Assembly: GCA_002269645.1 (NCBI GenBank)
Contig: NIVC01003784.1
Coordinates: 1 to 39,116, forward strand
Source: Macrostomum lignano
Lineage: Eukaryota
Reading direction: 5' to 3'
DNA: 39,116 bases
Shown here: piece by piece, positions 22,893-36,938 of the stretch
Numbering within the stretch: the stretch's first letter is position 1
Layout of the letters: each line of letters begins with the position of its first letter
The notes under the pieces: generated by a model
What the model was told of the DNA's origin: nothing
Seen by the model: only the letters and a program-made list of their open reading frames with translations
The model's database searches: none
Program-made: the position numbers and the translations under genes

Positions 22893-24210
22893 CGTTGTTT
22901 TTGGCCCACTCGGGTTTGGGGTTTCGCCGTCTCTTGATCCCCGGATTGCGATATCCCCCTCATCATCAAGGACGTCTCCCCCGGTCGACTGCATCAATCA
23001 TCGAGGCTAAGATCATCACCTACTAGTTATTTGCAAAAACTGTGACGACATCATCCCGGGCCTACAGCTGCGAAGCACTAAGCCGATTCGGTCACTGTGG
23101 ATTACCTGGTCTCCGGCTGTTGAGTTTCTGATTGGTTGGGTGAGAGGCTACCTAGACAATTGCTTGATTGGGTGATTCCTTATCTGTCCCCTGTTTCAGT
23201 AGCTGGATTAGGCGCACACTTTTGCTCATTTTGTTCAGAAGTGCTGTTATTGAGGCAGAAATCATTCAATAATACTGTTAGTAGTCAAATCACTCCGATT
23301 CAATCTAAAGTGTGAAGTGATTCAGTGAGAAGGTTAAATCTGGAAGTTATTTTTATCGGTTTTATTTCTTTGTTTGCCGGTGGCTCAGATGAGGAGCTGA
23401 GCTAGTGGCGCCGGTCACAGTGGACCAATGGCAAGGCAGTTCTCAGTCGACCCATTTATCAAATCAGCTGTAGCGAAATTGCCAATAGTGCAAGATCGGC
23501 GCTAGAGATGTACTTCCGTGCACTCTAAATTCGCCAAGCGGTTCGGGTAGTGAATCATGCGATCTCTGAAGTTCGAGTTAGCCTATCATCAGCGCTACGA
23601 GAGGCTGGCTAGCACGTTGAAGGCCAAAAGTACAATCCCTCGCATTTAGAAATGTAAAAGTACATGTAGCTACCCCATAGGATCGCCACCGCAAGAATCC
23701 CCTGCACAAGTCCCCTCTGTACCTGCATGGCCAATGCGATCTAGTCCCAGCAGTGTCCCTTATATAATTGGCTATGACTTCGAGATTGACAGCAAAAAGA
23801 CACTAGTTGGTAAGTGCAAAGCCCCTTCTAGTCGGAAGCTCGATTTCGAAAGTTCCGGTTTGGTAAGCCAGAGCGCACGGGCTGGTGGCAGCGGGTTAGT
23901 TAGTCTGCGGATTGGCTAATCTCTACCTTCAAAATTCTCCCTGCTTGTCTCTCGCTGTCCCTCTCTTAGCTATAGGACCTAGACTGCTCGCCACAGATCA
24001 AGCTACCTTGGGATGACCATCTGACAGGAGTGGGGGGGGGCTTGACTTACTTGACTTAGCTGCAGGGGGCGTCCGGCGGATGCAGCGAGGAGGCGGAGGA
24101 GACCGCCCATTCCGCTAGCCCCTGGGTGGGGGGGGCAGGACTCTAATTGATTCATTTCTGAGACCTGAGGCCCGGAGGCTTTCAAATGCCGAAATGGCCG
24201 AAATCCATCA

Positions 24211-24236
24211 TATTATTATTATTATTATTATTATTA
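24211..24236. repeat. Short (ATT)n microsatellite
   Basis: tattattattattattattattatta. Confidence 0.9.
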
Positions 24237-24584
24237 TATTAGTCGTATGTATCTGCAGCATTGAATAATTCATACTTTGGTATGTGATATTAACATGAAG
24301 CGGGGTTCAATCGTTTATTCAATCGTAAAAATAGTATTATTGCAAAATTTACGCATATTACTACTGTCAGCGTCAATACAGTCAATGAGTTATGCTAATT
24401 ATTAATGAGTAGGGCTTAAGAATAAATCAAATGAGGATTAGTAGTAATATAAATATATATCAACACATGCAATTTAGAGCGATGTTATAACAGAACTACA
24501 TGTAGTATGACTCAGTGAAAACTATGCTGTGATTGCTACAAAAGAGCAATTGTACAGGGCTTCCTACAGTCGCGCGCACTTCCG

Positions 24585-24830
24585 TCACTGACACCTGATT
24601 TCAACTCCCTGCCTTCCTGACACCAAAAATGGATCCTTACACCCTCACTGACCTTCCTGACACCTTAACTGACATCTGACAGCCTAACCATAAATATTCT
24701 CGACTCCCTAACTGACATCTGACAGCATAACTTACTTTCCTGACCCAAAACTGACCTTCCAGACTCCCTAATTGACCTTCCTGACACCAAACTGGCCCAA
24801 ACCGTACACTCCACCTGGACTTCCTGACTC
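24585..24830. repeat. Degenerate tandem repeats (ccttcctgacacc / aactgacatctgacagc) downstream of the second K2P stop
   Basis: ccttcctgacacc recurs at ~24613, ~24653 and ~24776; taactgacatctgacagc recurs at ~24666 and ~24709. Confidence 0.6.
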
Positions 24831-24973
24831 TCTACTAGAACAACGCAATTGGACCCTGCACCGATGTCCTTTAATTGATTTTCATATCGGGAGGCGCCAT
24901 CATGCTTATCTCGAATCCCACCAGCTCCCAGTTGCGGAGTCAACCCAAGTCACGCCGCACTGTGGCTGCACGG

Positions 24974-26418
24974 CTACTCGGCTTTGCCTTTATGGTCTTC
25001 CGTCGCAGCCGCCTCCTGCAGCGCCGAGTCCAGCCAGGAGTTCAGCCTGTCCATCAGCAGGCCGCACAGCCCGATGCCCAGCGTGAGGTGCAGCAGGCAG
25101 GCGCCCAGCTTCGCCCGGCTGTCCAGCCCCGGCGTCAGGTCGCCGAGTCCGACGCTGCTGACCGACACCAGCGAGAAGTAGGCGCCGTCACCCACCGGCC
25201 AGTCTTCCGTGGCGGCGTACAGCAGCCCGCCAGCCAGGCTGTGCGCCGTCAGCAGGACCGCTGAGGTCCACAACGGCAGCGAGTCGCCGCCACCCTCGCT
25301 GGTCCTCTTGCCGGCCAGCAGAGCCGAGGGCAGCTTGGAGCTCAGCCAGCGCTGCAGGCGGGCGCTGAGCCGGCCGGCGAACACCAGGAACAGCGGGATG
25401 CCCAGCACGGAGTACAGCAGGCTGAACAGCTTGCCCGCGGCGCTGACTGGGTGCGCGTGGCCGTAGCCTGCGGGTACATGGGGTTCGGGGCGATGAGCCT
25501 GGTTCTTTCCCCAGATCCTCACTTATCGATCTGGCCAAAAATCTCTCAGTTCCTCATCAAGGATGTCAAGTTTCCCAGATCCTCATCAAGGATGTCAGTT
25601 TTCCCAGATCCTCATCAAGGATGCCAAGTTTCCCAGATCCTCATCAAGGATGTCAAGTTTCCCAGATCCTCATCAAGGATGTCAAGTTTCCCAGATCCTC
25701 ATCAAGGATGTCAATTTTCCCAGATCCTCATCAAGGATGCCAAGTTTCCCAGATCCTCATCAAGGATGTCAATTTTCCCAGATCCTCATCAAGGATGCCA
25801 AGTTTCCCAGATCCTCATCAAGAATGCCAAGTTTCCCAGATCCTCATCAAGGATGTCAAGTTTCCCAGATCCTCATCAAGGATGTCAAGTTTCCCAGTTC
25901 CTCATCAAGGATGTCAAGTTTCCCAGATCCTCATCAAGGATGTCAAGTTTCCCAGATCCTCATCAAGGATGTCAAGTTTCCCAGATCCGCATCAAGGATG
26001 TCAAGTTTCCCAGATTCTCACCAATAGTGGTGTACAGAGTGAAGCAGTACAGAAAAGCGCTGTTGAAGCTCCACTCCAGCGCCGACCGAATCTCCTGCCA
26101 CTTGGCGATCTGCTTCTTTGATGCGGCAACGAAGTCCTCCCTGGACACCAGCTTGCTGGTGCGGATCTCGTACAGCTTGTACAGTAAGTTCCTGTCCACG
26201 TCTTCGACCTGTAGTCCGCGCCGTTTATGCGGAAGCTGACTGTTCTCCAGCTGCATCATAATGCCAGCTCCCAGGCAGGTGTACAGCAACAGCAGGACCG
26301 TCAGACCGCGCAGACTGGCCAGGTGTTTCACGGCCAGAGAGACGGTGGCTCCGGAGCTGCTGGCGGCTGTCATGGCGGCTGTGCTGCGGACCAACGAGCC
26401 GGCGGACAATTGCAGCAT
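24974..26418 (-). CDS. Compact two-pore-domain potassium channel (K2P), 296 aa; exons 26418-26022 and 25467-24974
   Basis: M1 LTVLLLLYTCLGAGIMMQLE, P1 WSFNSAFLYCFTLYTTIG|YGHAHP, M2 LYSVLGIPLFLVF, M3, P2 YFSLVSVSSVGLGDLTP, M4 LLHLTLGIGLCGLLM. The exons total 891 nt across a phase-1 GT-AG intron. An additional upstream exon cannot be excluded. Confidence 0.92.
25505..26024. repeat. 29-bp minisatellite (~17 copies) filling the intron of the second K2P gene
   Basis: Unit tttcccagatcctcatcaaggatg(t/c)caag. The terminal copy overlaps the splice donor. Confidence 0.96.
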
Positions 26419-26768
26419 TTATTGACCGTTGAAAGGGGAGGGAGAGAGGGGGAAATTGGAGCGGGTTGGGGATGAAGTGCGCAGTTTGGGAAGAGGAGGC
26501 GGGGAGAGCGGGACGGTTTCGTGTTTGTAATTTGGTCCGCTGTTGCCCGGGCTTCATTTTTTGCTGAAAGTCAAGCAGCAGCTTCGCACTGTGGCCGACG
26601 TACTTCCACAGGCACCCAGGGATGTACATTACCGGCTGGCTGCTTCTGTCCCTTACCGTGGGTGAAATGTCTGCCGTCTTCTTTCCCAAACATTCGCACT
26701 TCATTAGCCCCAGAGATGGCGTCGCTATTTCCATAATTCTAGGAAAAGCTAGTTACTAAGAACGCAAG

Positions 26769-27296
<528 letters not shown>

Positions 27297-27723
27297 ATAC
27301 TAAGCCTTCCTTTTCATCCTCTTCTGGCTGTTCTTCTTCTTCTACCATTTTATCCCTTTAGTTCAGTGCGCTAGCCCCCCGGCAAGGGTCTTCCCTCCGG
27401 TCTTCTCTATCTGCTCTCACGCTCGGCTGTGGCTCACGCAACTGACAGATCCCTTGGCTTCATGCCCACGCCCTTGTCGCAACCGGCTCACCGCCTATCT
27501 TATCGCCCTGACCGGCCCTCGCCCCTCCCTGTCTCCTGCAGCGCTGTGAGACACGCGCGAGCCATGCGCGCCAACGCAGGCCAGCAGTTGGTTTATGAGA
27601 TCTCTTTTGACTTTTGTGTATCCAGTTGACTGGAGCGCATGTGTGCCATAAATATTCCGCATAAATAGCCGCCTAAGCTCGGCTTGGGACTCCGAAACCG
27701 ATCGCCAGTTCCCACAAAAAATC

Positions 27724-27737
27724 GTCTCCATAGCAAC
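27724..27737 (+). promoter_or_regulatory. RFX X-box motif
   Basis: GTCTCCATAGCAAC matches the X-box consensus GTHNYYATRRNAAC. It lies ~70 bp upstream of ATG 27805, with a reverse CCAAT (gattgg) at ~27760. Confidence 0.45.
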
Positions 27738-27804
27738 GAATTGAAATCAAGTTCTCTTGATTGGACCCTATAGTTGGCGTCATTCTGAATGTTGATGGTG
27801 AGTT

Positions 27805-31403
<3,599 letters not shown>

Positions 31404-31534
31404 TCGGCTTAGGAGCCATGGCAACTTCCTGGCATGCGATGAGGGAATTCCCCAACTAAGACTCTACTGAATATCCCACTAAGAATCTGTACACTAAATA
31501 TTTTTCAATCGAAATCACATGGAGAGTTCAGTGG

Positions 31535-32455
31535 GAATCTATGGGGAATCCAACGAGAAGCTATGGGAAATCCAATGAGAATCTATGGGGAATCCAACGA
31601 GAAGCTATGGGGAATCCAATGAGAATCTATGGGGAATCCAGTGAGAATCTATGGGGAATCCAACGAGAAGCTATGGGGAATCCAACGAGAAGCTATGGGG
31701 AATCCAACGAGAAGCTATGGGGAATCCAATGAGAATCTATGGGGAATCCAGTGAGAATCTATGGAGAATCCAATGAGAATCTATGGTGAATCCAACGAGA
31801 AGCTATGGGGAATCCAATGAGAATCTATGGGGAATCCTGTAAGGAGGATCTATGGGGTAAAATGAGAATCTATGGGGAATCCAATGAGAATCTATGGAGA
31901 ATCCAGTGAGAATCTGTGGGGAATCCAGTAAGGAGGATCTATGGGGAATCCACTGAGAATCTATGGGGAATCCAGTAAGGAGGATATATGGGGAATCCAG
32001 TAAGAATCTATGGAGAATCCAGTGAGAATCTGTGGGGAATCCAGTGAGAATCTATGGGGAATCCAGTAAGGAGGATCTATGGAGAATCCAGTGAGAATCT
32101 GTGGGGAATCCAGTGAGAATCTATGGGGAATCCAGTAAGGAGGATCTATGGGGAATCCAGTGAGAATCTATGGGGAATCCAGTAAGGAGGATATATGGGG
32201 AATCCAGTAAGAATCTATGGGGAATCCAGTAAGGAGGATCTATGGGGAATCCAGTGAGAATCTATGGGGAATCCAGTGAGAATCTATGGGGAATCCAGTA
32301 AGGAGGATCTATGGGGAATCCACTGAGAATCTATGGGGAATCCAGTAAGGAGGATATATGGGGAATCCAGTAAGAATCTATGGGGAATCCAGTAAGGAGG
32401 ATCTATGGGGAATCCAGTGAGAATCTATGGGGAATCCAGTAAGGAGGATCTATGG
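31535..32455. repeat. 22-25-bp minisatellite (~40 units) downstream of BOK
   Basis: Units gaatctatggggaatcca(g/a)tga and ggaggatctatggggaatccagtaa. Confidence 0.96.
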
Positions 32456-33323
32456 AACCAAGCCAAAGTTTCTGAATATGCCACGCAAAGTATTTCATTC
32501 TTGCACACTTTTGCTTCGAATTTCGAGTGTCTTGTAAAAATTCCATTCTATTGAAATATAATTTACTCTGGTCCCTACTAAAAGTAGCGAGGCTGAGAGA
32601 GAAATTTATGCATATTTAATCCTTAATTATCTGAATAATTGACTGCACATCAAACTCCTAGCGACCACAATTCGCGTTTATAATTGCAAGCATTTCAATA
32701 GTTGCGTCGGACGACGGCAACCGAGACACAAGATACCTGTACGGAATTCATTTTTACTGTGTTTGAGCTCAAATAAACAAAAGCCACTGGCTCAGAGTGG
32801 AAGCGGAATGAAGTCCCTGAGCAAAATCAAATCCCTTCTCGCCCGTCTCTCCTCCCCAGCTACCGTACTGCAGAGGCATTGCGACCAAGTGTACTGTGGT
32901 AAATGGCTGTACTGTGGGGGGTCTGAATGAGCCGAGGTGTACACTTAGCTGATGCCGACACTTCCACAAGCCTGCAGCCTTAATGCAGCTCATTCACTGT
33001 CTTCAAGTCTGGCGCGCCTGCCCCAGCCCTAGCGCCACCGCGCCTTCTACTTATTACTGAGTCACGCAAGGTGAACAGAAAAATAAAAAGAGGAGACACA
33101 AACTGAGGAGGGGAGGTCGCAGCCGAGAACTGAGAATTGGAGGGAAGGGGAAGTCCAGGAGGGAGCAGGGACAGAAACTGCACCGGGTCACCCCGGGCGA
33201 AAACCAATCTGTGCAGTTTGGGCGCCCTGCCCACCCCCCTCTCCCTGTTCCCAGCCAGAGCCGCTCCTATAGAACCAGGGAGCGGCCTCTTCACCTCAGC
33301 CCGGATCTGCGGACCCGACAGCC

Positions 33324-35346
33324 ATGCACAGCTCCGGCCCCAGGCAAGCTGCTTACGTCAACGCCGGCTACTTCGCCGAACCGTCGTCGGGCGCGGAGCG
33401 GCACCCGAGCCGGCTGCACCAGACGCCGCAGGCGCAGCCTCCCCCGACAACTCTGGCCAACGAGGACGAGTACAGGGCCTGGCTGACGGCCACCTACCAG
33501 GCGGTGTTCGCGCCCTACTCTGCCGCAGGCGGGATGCCCAACCGGACTTTCTTGGAGCTGTTCGCCCGGCAGGACCTGCTGCGCAACCGGAAGCTGGCCG
33601 ACCTGATGTCGAGGATCGACGCCAACAAGGACGGCCGGGTCTCCTGGTCGGAGTTCTTCAGCTTCATGACTTACCGGCAGCGGCGCGAGGTGTCTCAGGG
33701 TCGGCGCTTTCTCAACGGTCTGGTTCGCCGCGCAGCGCCGGCAGCGGCGCGCAAAGAGCGCCAGGTGCGCGAGGACAACCAGGCGGCCGGGGAGCCGGTG
33801 CCGGGCGAGGCCTACCTGGAGTTCTACGACTGCCGGCCGCCGCCAGTCTTTGTGCCTCTCGTCCTGGTTGGCATATGGGTGACTTTCCTGGTGTACCTGG
33901 CCGAGCTGAACCGCGGGCCCGAGTGGAACCGCGTCACCTGGACTGGCGGGGTGCCCTACTACAGCCCGCTGTGCTTCTGTCCGGCCAGGCGGCAGGAGGT
34001 TTGTCCGATTTTTTTACGTCCGAGAGTGTCCGAAAAAATAGGACAGGGTGTTGCTTCATAAACCGGAAGTTTAAGATCAAGATCCTAGATCCTGAGCGGA
34101 CAGGTGATATTTTATACTCTCTACTGTAAGTAGTCTGTAGAAGCATGAAAACTCCGGGATCTTCCAGGTGTGGCGATTCCTCACCTACATGCTGCTGCAC
34201 GTTGGCTGGCACCACATCGTGTTCAACTCGGCGCTGACCCTGCTGCTCGGCATTCCACTCGAGCTGGTTCACAAGGCCTGGCGGGTGGCGCCCATCTTCT
34301 TGGCGGGCGTCCTGGCCGGCTCTCTGCTTTCGTCTGTGGCCGAACCTGCCGTCACCCTGCTGGGCGCCTCCGGTGGTGTCTACGCGCTGATCGGAGCCCA
34401 CTACGGCCTGGTCATCATGAACTGGGAGGAGCTGCAGGAGGGCTGGCAGAGCTGGCGCAAGAATCCACTGAAGATCTTCTCTAGCGGGCTGTTCCGCCTG
34501 CTGCTGCTCACGCTGCTTGTTGCTCTGGACTTTGGAGTCGCGCTGTACAGGTCAGCTGCGGGGCATTACTGAGCTTGTATGACCTGTATGACTGATTGTA
34601 GACTGAGAATCTATGACCTGTATGACTGATTGTAGACTGAGAATCTATGACCTGTATGACTGATTGTAGATTGAGAATCTATGACCTGTATGACTGATTG
34701 TAGATTGAGAATCTATGACCTGTATGACTGATTGTAGACTGAGATCTATGACCTGTATGACTGATTGTAGACTGAGAATCTTTGACCTGTATGACTGATT
34801 GTAGATTGAGAATCTATGACCTGTATGACTGATTGTAGACTGAGATCTATGACATGTATGACTGATTGTAGACTGAGAATCTATGACCTGTATGACTGAT
34901 TGTAGACTGAGAACCTATGACCTGCATGACTGATTGTAGACTGAGAATCTATGACCTGTATGACTGATTGTAGACTGAGAATCTTTGACCTGTATGACTG
35001 ATTGTAGATTGAGAATCTATGACCTGTATGACTGATAGCAGACTGAAAATCTATGACCCTCATGACTGCATGATATGACCGAAGGGTATGAGTATACCTA
35101 TGACTCCCATCCAGACGGTACACGCTGGCCAGCCTGGAGAACTCGGTGTCCCTCACCGCCCACGCGGCCGGCCTGCTGTGCGGCATCCTGGTTGGCATCC
35201 CCTGCCTACGCAACCTGGACAAGAAGCCATGGGAGATGGTGCTGTTCTGGGTGGCCATCGGCCTGCTGGTTGTCTACATGATCTTTGCCGTGCTGTGGAA
35301 CATCTTCTACATGGGCTACCCGACTGACATACCCTGTAATGTGTGA
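33324..35346 (+). CDS. Secretase-type rhomboid intramembrane serine protease with N-terminal EF-hand (RHBDL1/RHBDL3/Rhomboid-4-like), 429 aa; exons 33324-33998, 34168-34550, 35115-35346
   Basis: EF loop DANKDGRVSWSE; YDCRPPP; E|VWRFLTYMLLHVGWHHIVFN; catalytic GASGG; AHAAGLLCG (His); NILF-type last TM helix (AVLWNIFY). The exons total 1290 nt with phase-compatible junctions. Confidence 0.95.
34578..35060. repeat. 34-bp minisatellite (~14 copies) filling rhomboid intron 2
   Basis: Unit tatgacctgtatgactgattgtagactgagaatc. Confidence 0.96.
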
Positions 35347-35394
35347 GGCCTGAGTCAGCGAACTCAGAGCGAGTTGACGAGTATATAGCTAGTA

Positions 35395-35730
35395 AGATCG
35401 ATATCTGAGTAGATAAAATCGGTATTTGAGTAGATAAGATCGATACTTGAGTGGATAAGATTAGGATTTAACTAGATAAGAATTGGGATTTGAGTAGATA
35501 GGAATGGGATTTGAGTAGATAAGAATGGGATTTGAGTAGATAAGAATGGGATTTGAGTAGATAAGAATGGGATTTGAGTAGATAAGAATGGGATTTGAGT
35601 AGATAAGAATGGGATTTGAGTAGATAAGAATTGGATTTGAGTAGATAAGAATGGGATTTGAGGAGATAAGAGTGGGATTTGAGTAAATAAGAGCTGGATT
35701 TGAGTAGATAAGAGTGAGATTTGAGTAACT
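35395..35730. repeat. 21-bp minisatellite (~16 copies) just downstream of the rhomboid stop
   Basis: Unit gggatttgagtagataagaat. Confidence 0.93.
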
Positions 35731-36454
35731 CGAGACTTAATCCAAAGACAAAGCATATCTAATCAAATAATTACAAGTACACCCGCTTTCTATGTGATCT
35801 ACGAGTATCTGAGTTATAAAACCATTACTCATTAGTTCCTTAATAAGACTAATAAATTCTTTAATTACTGGATGTTTTAGAAAAGACACTGTATTAGTGA
35901 TTAAATGCACTATAAATATGATTACACATCCCTATGCCATCACTCGTGCCCTTCTACACATGCATTGTAATTTGGATATTTTTATCTGTTTTGTACTTTT
36001 GTCTCTCCATCAGGCCGCCATTCTTAGTCACAAGCAGCCTTCATTGTGTTTCCAAGCCCAGGAGGCGGGACCTCCGAAATCAAATGTGAAACATAAAAGC
36101 TCTCTGCAGTGAAAGTTCGCCTCTGTTTTTATCTGCCCCTACTCTGACAGGAAAATGATAATATATTATGAGCCGCCTTGCAAATTCTGAGACAAAGGAA
36201 GAAAAAACCAAGTAGCTGCGGTTGACTTTGTGGTTTTTCGCAGGGAAAATTTTTTTTGTAAATCTTATTATATTTTGACATTGCCACGCAGTTAATGCTA
36301 CTCATTAGAATTCCAGTAGAGTGATCAGGCCTTTGGCTTCAAAATATAGTTTATAATCACAGCTTCAGTCAATGTAAATAGTAAATACGAGAACTCGTAA
36401 CTTAAATAAATTTTTTTATAGAAAGTAATAGGACTACGAATGGGGAATTTCAGG

Positions 36455-36915
36455 GTGCTAGGGATGATGGGATCTAGGTGTCCTAGGAATGGGATCTATA
36501 GGTGTTAGGAATGGCCGGATCTAAAGATCTTAGAAATGGGAACTAGAGATCTTAGGAATGGGAACTAGAGATCATAGGAATGGGGATCTAGAGATCTTAG
36601 GAATGGGGATCTAGAGATCTTAGGAATGGGGATCTAGAGGTGCTAGGGATGGGGATCTAGGGGTGCTAGGAATGGGTATCTAGGGGTGCTAGGGATTGGG
36701 ATCTAGGGGTGCCAGGGATGGGTATCTAGGGGGCTAGGGATGGGGATCTAGAGGTGCTAGGGATGGGAGCCAGGGGTGCTAGGGATGGGATCTAGAGGTG
36801 CTAGGGATGGGAGCTAGGGGTGCTAGGGATGGGGATCTAGAGGTGCTAGGGATGGGAGCATAGGGGTGCTAGGGATGGGGATCTAGAGGTGCTAGGGATG
36901 GGAGCATAGGGGTGC
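36455..36915. repeat. G-rich 22-23-bp minisatellite (~20 copies) downstream of the lectin stop
   Basis: Unit (g/a)ggtgctagggatggggatcta(g) and variants. Confidence 0.94.
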
Positions 36916-36938
36916 CCTGACAGGGGGCGCAGACGCAG

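Noticed and set aside
31535-32455. Array of NF-kB-like sites (GGGGAATCCA)
   Set aside because: It has one mismatch to the GGGRNWYYCC consensus and is simply the minisatellite unit. There is no evidence of function.
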